Assembly (NCBI GenBank): GCA_965223325.1
Contig: CBDCWI010000002.1
Span: 2,240,001 to 2,304,000 of the forward strand
Direction of reading: 5' to 3'
Source: Candidatus Multivoradales bacterium
GTDB lineage: Bacteria; Acidobacteriota; Thermoanaerobaculia; Multivoradales; Multivoraceae
Length of the DNA: 64,000 nucleotides
Shown: positions 37,891 through 46,492 of the stretch, piece by piece
Layout of the letters: the number at the start of each line of letters is the position of its first letter
Position numbering within the stretch: the first letter of the stretch is position 1
The notes under the pieces: model-generated
What the model saw: the letters and a program-made list of their open reading frames with translations, nothing else
What the model was told of the DNA's origin: nothing
Database searches by the model: none
Translations under genes and position numbers: made by a program

Positions 37891-39830
37891 TGCCCGTCAC
37901 CTTTGACTTTCAGGTCAAGCCGCACCAGGCCATCGAAAGGCCGATCGAGCGCAAACACCTCGCGCTGCGTAATCGCGAGGGGCAACCGTCGCGCACCAAA
38001 GGTCGACGACGCCTGAAAGATCGACGCCACCGAGCCCGGAAGCTCGGGAAGCGACTCGGCCCCGGCAAGCACGCCGCTTGCTCGGGCTGCTCCGAGAACC
38101 ACAATACGGTCGCGCGCTTCGAAGGAGCTCACGAAGTCGAGGGCGCCTTCGAGACCGAGTTGACCGGGCGGCTCGATTTGAATACGAGTCGAGCCGACCG
38201 ACTGGCCGTCGCCAACGAACAGATAGTAGAGACCTGGGACGGCGTCGTCGGGAATGATGACCTCTACGCGCTCCTGAAAGCGCTGGCCCTGGAAGGCTTC
38301 GAGATCGAGCACGATGCCGACGCGATCGCCGGGCGTGACATCGGAACGCTCGGCGTGAGCACCCAGGAGGCTGGCCGAGCGCTGACCCGCCTGTTGATGA
38401 AAGTCGAACTCAATCGCCTCGACGACGATCGTCTCCCACGGGTTGTTGACTAGAAAACCGGTCATTTGCAGCAGGTAGACGGCACTCTCAATCGACGCTC
38501 CGAGCCCATCCCAGACACCACGCAGCTCGAGGTCACGGTGACCTGCGAGCTGGAAGCGTGCCTGTGCGGTGACGGTTTGCGCACCCGAGATGTAGCTCGA
38601 CACATTCATCGCCTCGATCGCCGACATCGCGACCAGACTGGGCGCGACCTGTGGCAAGTCAGCCAGAGTCATCGAGTAGTCGCGTTCCGCCAGGCCGTGC
38701 ACCGAAATGCCAAGCGGCACCGTGCGGGCCTCGGCACCGATGCGCCCGCGCAGGCCCGGCTCACGGTCCTGTTCGAACGCGCCGACAACCGGGCCGGTAT
38801 TCGAAATCTTGAAGGAGTTGACCTGGCTCGAAAGAACCGTCACCACTTCGGCCGATGCCATCGGAATGCTGACGGGCCCCAGGCCGAGGTAGGGATGGCC
38901 GAAGCCCAGGACCTCATCGCCAGTCCGGTCGGTGACCGTTCCGGTCACCGAAACCTGAAGGTCACCACCAACCAGCACCCCGGCAACCGCCGACCCGGGG
39001 ACGAGGTCACTGACCAATGATGGGTTGCTTCCCGACTGGACGACGGGCACCGCGGCACTGAACAACCCATGCGAGACATCAGAAAACCCGCCGATCCCGA
39101 GCACCAGACCGCTCGATGCCCGCGCCCGACCACCAGCACCGTCGAGGGCTTGCGCGGGCATCAGGGAGGCCAGGGATGCGCCGAGAATCTCACGTGCACG
39201 CGCGAGACCGGGGCGCTCGACCAGCGCGCTCAGATCAAAGTCAGAGTTGGCGGCCGGCACTGGGTTGCTGTCACTCGGCAGAACCGAAGCCCACGACTGA
39301 GCAGCGGAGTCGCTAGTGGTTGAAAGCTCACGCATGAATTCAATCGGCGTGATGCCGGCGACCGCATCATTGCTGAAACCCCAGCCGAATGCGACGGCGC
39401 CGGCGAGACGACCGTCGATGTAGACGGGACTCCCGCTCATTCCAGCGATCACTCCGTCGCGCTCGAGACCCTGACCGGTCAGCTTGCCGAGAATGAAACT
39501 GGTGCCCGGAGCTAGATCACGCATCACGCCGAGGACCTCGACTTCAAAGCGCTCCGCTTCGGCGCCCCGGAAGACCGAGAGCCCGTAGCCACGCTGACCA
39601 GCCTCGACCTCGGCAACCGGGATGGCTGGCATGCGCTCGGCAGCCGGGGCTCTGACCACCTCCACCTGGGCCGCGAGCATCGGCGGGACCAGGCCTAGAG
39701 ATGCAACGAACACGACGCGCATCGCGGTCGTTCTGGCTACGCTGTTGACGGATCGATTCATGCGGAGAGTGGCCACCTGAGAGATGTAGAGGGACACCGA
39801 GGCCGAGGACGTCGCCGATCGGCCGATCAC
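37887..39830 (-). CDS. SpoIVB peptidase S55 domain protein (start uncertain)
   Basis: G..GYG.SVF.G...ERF.VEVLG, GVIAGMSGSPVY.DGRL.GAVA, GITPI..M, FGHP. Confidence 0.85.
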   Translation of the reverse strand: MIGRSATSSASVSLYISQVATLRMNRSVNSVARTTAMRVVFVASLGLVPPMLAAQVEVVRAPAAERMPAIPVAEVEAGQRGYGLSVFRGAEAERFEVEVLGVMRDLAPGTSFILGKLTGQGLERDGVIAGMSGSPVYIDGRLAGAVAFGWGFSNDAVAGITPIEFMRELSTTSDSAAQSWASVLPSDSNPVPAANSDFDLSALVERPGLARAREILGASLASLMPAQALDGAGGRARASSGLVLGIGGFSDVSHGLFSAAVPVVQSGSNPSLVSDLVPGSAVAGVLVGGDLQVSVTGTVTDRTGDEVLGFGHPYLGLGPVSIPMASAEVVTVLSSQVNSFKISNTGPVVGAFEQDREPGLRGRIGAEARTVPLGISVHGLAERDYSMTLADLPQVAPSLVAMSAIEAMNVSSYISGAQTVTAQARFQLAGHRDLELRGVWDGLGASIESAVYLLQMTGFLVNNPWETIVVEAIEFDFHQQAGQRSASLLGAHAERSDVTPGDRVGIVLDLEAFQGQRFQERVEVIIPDDAVPGLYYLFVGDGQSVGSTRIQIEPPGQLGLEGALDFVSSFEARDRIVVLGAARASGVLAGAESLPELPGSVASIFQASSTFGARRLPLAITQREVFALDRPFDGLVRLDLKVKGDGQ

Positions 39831-39873
39831 GCGTTGCTACGTACCAGACAGGAACGCGGATCATCCCAAGTGA

Positions 39874-40527
39874 CTAGCATTCGGGCTCGCTGGGACGATT
39901 GACCGCAGCCAGTTCGACGCGACCCCGGCGTAAGACGACTGGCCGCCCGGCTCGCGAAACTACCACGGTCGAGGGCAAACCACCCGCCAGCACACCCCCG
40001 TCGACGACCAGAATCCGCGGCCTGTTCTCGATGCCTCTGAACCAATCGAGCAGCTGCTGGGGCTCGAGCATCGCGGGCTGTCCCGCAGGATTGGCGCTCG
40101 TGGCCGTGAGCGGGCAATCGATCCCTGAAATCAAGCGACAGAGCCCTGAGTGATCGGGAACCCGAAGGGCGAGGCTCCCGGTTCCCGCCGCGGCGGGAAC
40201 AGCGGGAGCATCACAAGCCAGCGGCAGGACCACCGAAAGAGCCGCCGGCCACTGTTCTTTGGCCCACAGAAAGAGCGGCGTCGTGAGGTCGACTCCGAGG
40301 ATGCCGGCCTGTTCCGGCTCCGCCAGGACCACCGGCAGCGGCTTTCCACGCTCGCGCGCTTTGAGCTGATAGATCGCGTCAACCCCCCTGCCACTTCGCG
40401 GGTCGACAGCCAGGCCGTAGCTCGACTCGGTCGGAATGGCGAGCACACCACCACCATCCAGCACGTCCCGGGCGTGGTCTCCGAGACCTGGGGCGCCGAG
40501 CGCAACTCGATCGAGTGCAGCCACCAC
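39874..40527 (-). CDS. tsaC: L-threonylcarbamoyladenylate synthase (YrdC domain)
   Basis: AIPTESSYGL, IYQLK.R...KP, ALRVP, ATSAN..G, PSTVV. Confidence 0.88.
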   Translation of the reverse strand: MVAALDRVALGAPGLGDHARDVLDGGGVLAIPTESSYGLAVDPRSGRGVDAIYQLKARERGKPLPVVLAEPEQAGILGVDLTTPLFLWAKEQWPAALSVVLPLACDAPAVPAAAGTGSLALRVPDHSGLCRLISGIDCPLTATSANPAGQPAMLEPQQLLDWFRGIENRPRILVVDGGVLAGGLPSTVVVSRAGRPVVLRRGRVELAAVNRPSEPEC

Positions 40528-40532
40528 GATGG

Positions 40533-42311
40533 TCAGGAGGCCTCGGCGACTGCCGCGCCCTCGATCAGCTCCTCGGCATGCTCGAGCGACACCTCTGTGA
40601 TCTCTTCACCCGCCAGCATGCGTGCCACTTCCTCAACGCGTGCTCTAGAACGCAACTCAACGACGGCAGTCATCGTGCGACCCTTGCCCTCGCCACCGCC
40701 GTTCACCTCCTTCTTGACCTGAAAGTGTGAGTCGCCGAAGCTCGCGACCTGCGGCAGGTGGGTGACGGCGAGAATCTGCCCGCCGACGGCCAGGCGCTTG
40801 AGCTTGCGACCGACGGCCGCCGCCTCCTGGCCGCCAATGCCGGAATCGACTTCGTCGAAGACCAGCGTTGCCGCACTGCTGGTCGAAGACATCTGGCTCT
40901 TGGTTTTCGCCTCCCCGTGAACTTTCCGGTGCACAGCCACCTGGAGCGCCAGGTAGACGCGCGCCAGTTCGCCGCCCGAAGCAACCCGGGCGAGCGCCCG
41001 CAGCTCCTCGCCGGGGTTGGGAGCAAATCGAAAGACCACCTGGTCGAACCCTGAAGGCCCGAAGTCGACTCCCGCACCGGCAACACGAAGAGCGCTCCCC
41101 GAACGCGCCCGAGTGGCCAGTTCGATGTCGAAGACCGCGTGCTCGAGTGCCAGATCAGCGAGCTCAGACTGAACGTCGGCAGCCAGTGCCTTCGCCCACC
41201 GAGCGCGCGCCTTCGAAAGATCAGACGCCGCCTTCTGGTAGGCATCGAGTGCCTTCTGCGCCTCGCGCTCGAGCTGCTCGTGCTGGTCGGCGTCACCTTC
41301 GAGATCGCCGAGCTCGGTGGTGATGGTTTCGAGATGGGCCAGCACTTCCGCACTCGAGGCACCGTACTTGCGAAACAGACGCTCGAGCGTCGCCAGGCGA
41401 TCCTCGAGGGCATCCAGGCTTGACGCATTGGCTTCGACCCGATCGAGACGGGCACGCAAAGTGCTGCCGAGCTCGCCCGTACGAATCGCGAGCTCCTCGA
41501 GTTCGGCCAGCCAACTCTCTGCTTCGCTTTCCCAATTCGACAGTTCGCGAAGCGCCGCACGCGCCCGCCCCAGCTGCGCCTCGGCAGAGTCGTCGTCATC
41601 GACGAGCGAAGTCACCCCGGTCCCGAGAGCCTGAGAAATGCTCTCGGCGTTGCGCAACAGATCGCGCTCACGACGATGTTCGTCCTCTTCGCCGGCAACG
41701 ACATGCGCGGCTTCGATCTCACTCTGCTGAAAGCGCAGGAGGTCGGTGCGCTCGTGGCGCAGGCGATCGTCGCCGCGCAGGCGTTCGAGACGCCCCGCGA
41801 CGTCTGCCCAGGCTAGATAGAGCGACTTCAGAAGGCCAGTGAGCTCGCGACCACGTGCGCCACCGTAGCTGTCGAGCCACGAACGTTGAAGATCGGGCGC
41901 CACCAACCCAAGCTCGTCGCGTTGACCGTGAATGCGAATCAGGAGTGGCGCCACCCCGGCCAATAGCCGCAGCGTAGCCGGCTGGTCGTTCAGAAAGACG
42001 CGGTTGCGACCACTAGTGGCGATCTCACGCCGGATCACCAGCTCACTGCCGGCGGAATCGATCCCGGCTGCCTCGAGCGGTTCACGCCAGCTCTCTCCTG
42101 GCGGCTCGAAAACCCCGGTGACCGTGCACGAGTCTGCCTCCGAGCGCACCAGGTCGGTCGAGGCTCGCGCGCCGGCCAGAAGAGCCAGCGAATCGACCAC
42201 CAGCGACTTGCCCGCGCCGGTCTCGCCGGTCATCACATTGAGCCCCGGGCCCAGCTCGACGGCGGCTTCGGCGATCACGGCCAGGTTACGTACATGGAGG
42301 TGTCTGAGCAC
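40533..42311 (-). CDS. recN: DNA repair protein RecN
   Basis: MTGETGAGKS, IHGQ, coiled coil, NPGE...L.RVASGGEL.R, FDEVD.GIGG, VTHLPQVA, R..E.ARML.G. Confidence 0.95.
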   Translation of the reverse strand: MLRHLHVRNLAVIAEAAVELGPGLNVMTGETGAGKSLVVDSLALLAGARASTDLVRSEADSCTVTGVFEPPGESWREPLEAAGIDSAGSELVIRREIATSGRNRVFLNDQPATLRLLAGVAPLLIRIHGQRDELGLVAPDLQRSWLDSYGGARGRELTGLLKSLYLAWADVAGRLERLRGDDRLRHERTDLLRFQQSEIEAAHVVAGEEDEHRRERDLLRNAESISQALGTGVTSLVDDDDSAEAQLGRARAALRELSNWESEAESWLAELEELAIRTGELGSTLRARLDRVEANASSLDALEDRLATLERLFRKYGASSAEVLAHLETITTELGDLEGDADQHEQLEREAQKALDAYQKAASDLSKARARWAKALAADVQSELADLALEHAVFDIELATRARSGSALRVAGAGVDFGPSGFDQVVFRFAPNPGEELRALARVASGGELARVYLALQVAVHRKVHGEAKTKSQMSSTSSAATLVFDEVDSGIGGQEAAAVGRKLKRLAVGGQILAVTHLPQVASFGDSHFQVKKEVNGGGEGKGRTMTAVVELRSRARVEEVARMLAGEEITEVSLEHAEELIEGAAVAEAS

Positions 42312-42455
42312 TGGATCTCGGGCCCTTGGAGGTTCGCGAACTTTTGTAGCTGGTCTCGAAACAGGTCTTCAAAGAGGGTCTCGGGCCGTTGTGCCCGTGG
42401 CCTCTCTACCAATAGAGGACGCAGTGGCGAAACAGAAGCTTACTGGCGCCTCGGT

Positions 42456-43271
42456 TCACTCTTCGACCAACTCGGCAGCACGCCGTTTGGCCTCGACGAT
42501 CGCCTTGATCAGGGTCACCCGCAGCCCCCCATCCTCGAGCTCGAGAATGCCGTCGACGGTACAGCCCGCCGGCGTCGTGACCTCGTCTTTGAGCAAAGCC
42601 GGATGCTTGCCGGTCTCGAGCACCATGCGCGCCGCGCCGAGGCAGGTCTGGGCCGCCAGCTCGATGGCCTGCGAGCGCGGTAGCCCGACCTTGACGCCGC
42701 CATCGGCCAGGGCCTCGATGACGATGTAGAGAAAGGCCGGGCCGCTGGCAGAAAGCCCGGTTACCGCGTCCATGTTCTTCTCGTCGACGGCGATCGTGCG
42801 CCCCAACGGCTCGAAGAGGCTGCGCACATCTTCGACCACTTCGTCGTCGGCGTGGGTCCCAGCACACAGCGCGGTCATGCCGGCTGAAATCAGCGTTGGC
42901 GTATTGGGCATCGCCCGCACCACCGGCACCCGCTCGCTCAGCCGGCGTTCAATGTAGCCGGTGGTCACCGACGCCAGAATCGACACCAGAACCTGGTCTT
43001 CGTGCAGCTCGTCGCGCAACTCAGACAAGACTCCGTCGGCCACCTGCGGTTTGACACATAACAGCACCAGGTCGGCACCAGCAACTGCCTCGATGTTGGT
43101 GTCGCAGATCTCGACGCCAAGCTCCTCGTGCACGGTCTGCCGGCGAACGTCGCGCCGCGCGGTGGCCACGATCTGCCCGGCAGACATCTCCGAACGCGCC
43201 AGGAGCCCGCGGATCAACGTCTCCCCCATCTTGCCGGCGCCGATAACAGCGATTCGCTGAAAGTCACTCAT
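42456..43271 (-). CDS. proC: Pyrroline-5-carboxylate reductase
   Basis: IGAGKMG, LCVKPQ, RAMPNTP, TGLSASGPA, L..EVTTPAG.T. Confidence 0.94.
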   Translation of the reverse strand: MSDFQRIAVIGAGKMGETLIRGLLARSEMSAGQIVATARRDVRRQTVHEELGVEICDTNIEAVAGADLVLLCVKPQVADGVLSELRDELHEDQVLVSILASVTTGYIERRLSERVPVVRAMPNTPTLISAGMTALCAGTHADDEVVEDVRSLFEPLGRTIAVDEKNMDAVTGLSASGPAFLYIVIEALADGGVKVGLPRSQAIELAAQTCLGAARMVLETGKHPALLKDEVTTPAGCTVDGILELEDGGLRVTLIKAIVEAKRRAAELVEE

Positions 43272-43366
43272 GATCTCGAGATGCTAGCCGACGGCGCTCC
43301 AAAGGGCCCCGGCGCTACCATGACGGGAACCAAACAACTCGTGACTCCGGGAGGGCACCAACTGAC

Positions 43367-43840
43367 ATGACCGACCTCAAAGACATCGCGCCCGACTTCG
43401 TCGACATGGCACACCGCATCGTGTGGTGCACTGCTGCAACCGTCGATACCGCCGGGAAGCCCCGCACCAGGGTCCTCCACCCGATCTGGGAGTGGGACGG
43501 TGAGGACCTGGTCGGCTGGATCGCCACCAGCCCGCAGTCGCTCAAGGCACGCCATCTGGCGGAAACGCCGCAGCTCTCCTGCACCTATTGGGTGCCGGAG
43601 CAGGACACCTGCAGCGCCGACTGCGATGTCACCTGGCAGAACAGTGCCGAGGAGCGCCAAGCGGGCTGGGACCGCTTCAAGAACGCGGCGGCGCCGGTGG
43701 GCTACGACCCCGGCATGATCCCCGGCTGGGCACCAGACGCCGAGAGCTTCGGCATTCTGAAGCTCCAGCCCTATCGGCTGCGTCTGATGCCGGGATCGGG
43801 ACTCTTGACTGGCGAAGGCGTGCTGACCTGGGCGCGCTAG
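43367..43840 (+). CDS. Pyridoxamine 5'-phosphate oxidase-like (split beta-barrel flavin-binding) protein
   Basis: ATVD..G.PRTRVLHP.W, AT...S.K.RHL...P..S..YW. GGAGG RBS. Confidence 0.82.
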   Translation: MTDLKDIAPDFVDMAHRIVWCTAATVDTAGKPRTRVLHPIWEWDGEDLVGWIATSPQSLKARHLAETPQLSCTYWVPEQDTCSADCDVTWQNSAEERQAGWDRFKNAAAPVGYDPGMIPGWAPDAESFGILKLQPYRLRLMPGSGLLTGEGVLTWAR

Positions 43841-43874
43841 CGGCCTGACCCTGACTCCGTGGAAGGAGCGCGGA

Positions 43875-46442
43875 TTGAAGAGCATCACTTCGGGCCCCGC
43901 GGCATGGGCCCAGACTGCGTGCTCACCCGTCTTGCCCCGGGCGACGTTCTTCCAGGCGCTCGCCACCCTGCTCCTGCCCCTTCTCCTGCCGCTGACTCTG
44001 GCGGCGCACGGCCAGCTTACCCAGGTGGCGATCCCACCGAGCTACGACCAGGTGTGGCTCGACGAGCTCGGACCCTTCATCCAGGACGACGAGCGCACTC
44101 TCTATCTTTCCCTCGGGAGCAGCAAGCTACGCCAGGAGTTCAGGCGCCAATACCTGGTCGCTCGCGACCCAACACCCTCAATCTTCATCAACCCGGCCAA
44201 GCTCGAGCTCGATCACCATCTGTTTACCGCCCGAAAGCGCGGTCTGCCGCCAACCGACCTGCGCAGCCAACTCCTCCTGCTTCACGGTCCACCACAACGC
44301 CTCTATCGGCACGGCGGCTGCGGAGTTCGACTGCCTGAAGAGAAGGCCGCTGAGTCGCAATGCGTTGTCGCGTCGACCTTCGAGCTCTACGACTTCGGGG
44401 CCAACATGCCCCCGGGTAAGCCAGTCCTTTTTGTCAGCACCGAGGACGGCTGCCAGCTGTACGGAAACACCATCCGACCTCCCTTCCACTTCCGCGCTCT
44501 CTCGCGGGTCACCTGCCAGAAGGACGGCTACCACCTGCTCGACGGTCAGCTGCGGTCGGCGACCCGCGGCGCGCTGGAGTGGCAGGACATCGAAAAGACC
44601 GGTCTGCGCCTGCCTGCCCATCCAGAGTGGCCCGCATCCTTTTCGCCTGACGCAAACGATGTCAACCGTTCGGCTCTGGCTCTCGAGGTCGCCGAAATCC
44701 AAGCGCCCGAGGAGCCGCCGACAAACTCATCGACCTGGCACCTGAAGGCGGTCCTGCGGGTCCGGCCGCCCCGAGCCTGGCGTGACGTGGGGCAGCCCTG
44801 GCACCACCTGTTGGTTCGAACCTACGCTTTTTCCGGGTCGCGGCTCGTGGGTCGCTTCGACCAGGATGGAACTTTCTTCCCGCGTCACGAAGCGCACGGC
44901 GACAGTACACCGCTTGCCCTCGGGCTCACGCTCTCGCTCCCACCGGGAGATCTGACCCTGGTGACCCACGTTGAAGACGAAGGCGCGATGCTCTTTGAAA
45001 CCGCCGCCTTCGCATTCAACGCCGAGGTGGGCGAACCCGGAGGAGCGACCGCCGAGGCGTTACACCGTTCTTCCATTTTCGGCGACCGATCGGCACGCGC
45101 CGCCATGCAAGAACCCGCCCTGGCGATCGCTCCCGTCCCCGGCCCAGTACGTGGAGTGCGACCGGTCTCGCTCGCAGAATCGACGGGGATCGAACGCGTC
45201 GTGTACTCGCTCGACGGAATCGACGTCGCCAGGTCGGACACAGCGCCCTTCGAGGCGCTGGTCGACTTCGGCTCCCTGCCGCGCCCGATGGAACTCGCGG
45301 CACGTGGCTACCGAGAGAGCACCCTGGTCGCCCGACAGCAGCTGACCGTCAACCAGGGGCTGCACCACTTCGACCTCGACCTCAGTCTGCAGCCCGGCGA
45401 CGACGGGGTGCTGGTCGCGGGTCGCACGGCGCTTCCAGCCGGCGCGTCGTTCGAAGGCATCGAGCTTGACGTCAACGGTGAACCTACGCGGAGCTTCGAC
45501 ACTCCTACTTTCACCTTTCGGCCAGAGCTCGACCTCAGCCGTCACGAGACCTCGTTCGTGCGTGCGACAGCAAGGCTCGCGGACGGTCGCACCGTCGAGG
45601 ACACGGTCCTTTTGTCCGAGCTCGAGCACGACGAGGTCGATGTCGAACTGGTCGAGGTGTTCGTCAAGGCAACGCGCGGTCGAGGCACTGCCGTCGCCGA
45701 CCTCACAGCGGCCGATCTCGACATCTTCGAGCTGGGGGTCAAGCAGGAGATCCACAGCTTCGAACGCGTCCAGGACGTGCCCATCCATGTCGTCTTGCTT
45801 CTCGACACCTCGCACACCATGAGGGACAACCTCGAGCGGCTTCGGGAAACCGGCGTCGCATTTCTCAGGGACCTCATCCAGGAGGACGACCAGGCGGCAA
45901 TCATCACTTTCAACCATCGGGCCCGCGTGGCGACACCGTTCACAGGCGATCTCGAGACCCTCGAAATCGCCAGCCAGTCGCTGCGTAGCTGGGGCGGCAC
46001 GGCTCTCTTCGACAGCGCCGTGATGGCGCTCTACTACCTGCGAGGGCTCGAAGGAAAGAAGGCTCTCCTCCTGGTGAGCGACGGTGTCGAAGAAAGCTCG
46101 GACCTCGAGTTCTCGCAACTCATCGAGTACGCCGAGCGCGTCGACACCTCGGTCTACACCCTCGGCGTCGGAACCAACGACGGCTTTGAGCAGACGACTT
46201 CCAGCCGCGCCCGCCGCCATCTCAAACAACTCGCTGCGCGCACGGGCGGCGTATCGTTTCGCATCAAGCGCGCGAGTGAACTCGAGCGCGCCTTCCAGCG
46301 CATCGCAAGCGACCTCAGGACGCAGTACATCGTCACCTACCAGAGTCAGGCGGGGAACGGTGACCGGGAGTACCGAACCATTGAAGTGCGTCCGAAGAAG
46401 CCCGGCATCAAGATTGAAGCCCGCCCCGGCTACTATCCATGA
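43875..46442 (+). CDS. Exported GWxTD-like + Ig-like + VWA (acidobacterial VWFA-related) multidomain protein
   Basis: Signal peptide, WL...I...ER..YL.L....R.EF...RDPTP...N and TD.R....HGPP. C-terminal V.LVEV...DL...D..I.E.G..Q.I..F, LLDTSHTM, GGTALFD, LVSDG, LA..TGG, LR.QY..TY, R.GYY. Confidence 0.8.
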   Translation: MKSITSGPAAWAQTACSPVLPRATFFQALATLLLPLLLPLTLAAHGQLTQVAIPPSYDQVWLDELGPFIQDDERTLYLSLGSSKLRQEFRRQYLVARDPTPSIFINPAKLELDHHLFTARKRGLPPTDLRSQLLLLHGPPQRLYRHGGCGVRLPEEKAAESQCVVASTFELYDFGANMPPGKPVLFVSTEDGCQLYGNTIRPPFHFRALSRVTCQKDGYHLLDGQLRSATRGALEWQDIEKTGLRLPAHPEWPASFSPDANDVNRSALALEVAEIQAPEEPPTNSSTWHLKAVLRVRPPRAWRDVGQPWHHLLVRTYAFSGSRLVGRFDQDGTFFPRHEAHGDSTPLALGLTLSLPPGDLTLVTHVEDEGAMLFETAAFAFNAEVGEPGGATAEALHRSSIFGDRSARAAMQEPALAIAPVPGPVRGVRPVSLAESTGIERVVYSLDGIDVARSDTAPFEALVDFGSLPRPMELAARGYRESTLVARQQLTVNQGLHHFDLDLSLQPGDDGVLVAGRTALPAGASFEGIELDVNGEPTRSFDTPTFTFRPELDLSRHETSFVRATARLADGRTVEDTVLLSELEHDEVDVELVEVFVKATRGRGTAVADLTAADLDIFELGVKQEIHSFERVQDVPIHVVLLLDTSHTMRDNLERLRETGVAFLRDLIQEDDQAAIITFNHRARVATPFTGDLETLEIASQSLRSWGGTALFDSAVMALYYLRGLEGKKALLLVSDGVEESSDLEFSQLIEYAERVDTSVYTLGVGTNDGFEQTTSSRARRHLKQLAARTGGVSFRIKRASELERAFQRIASDLRTQYIVTYQSQAGNGDREYRTIEVRPKKPGIKIEARPGYYP

Positions 46443-46492
46443 GACAACAGATCCCATGAGACACAGACCCCACCGATCTCTGGAGCCAACTC

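Noticed and set aside
42332-42341. Palindrome GTTCGCGAAC upstream of recN as an SOS box
   Set aside because: It does not match the GAAC-N4-GTTC, GTTC-N7-GTTC or CTGT-N8-ACAG LexA motifs, and a 10-bp palindrome is plausible by chance.
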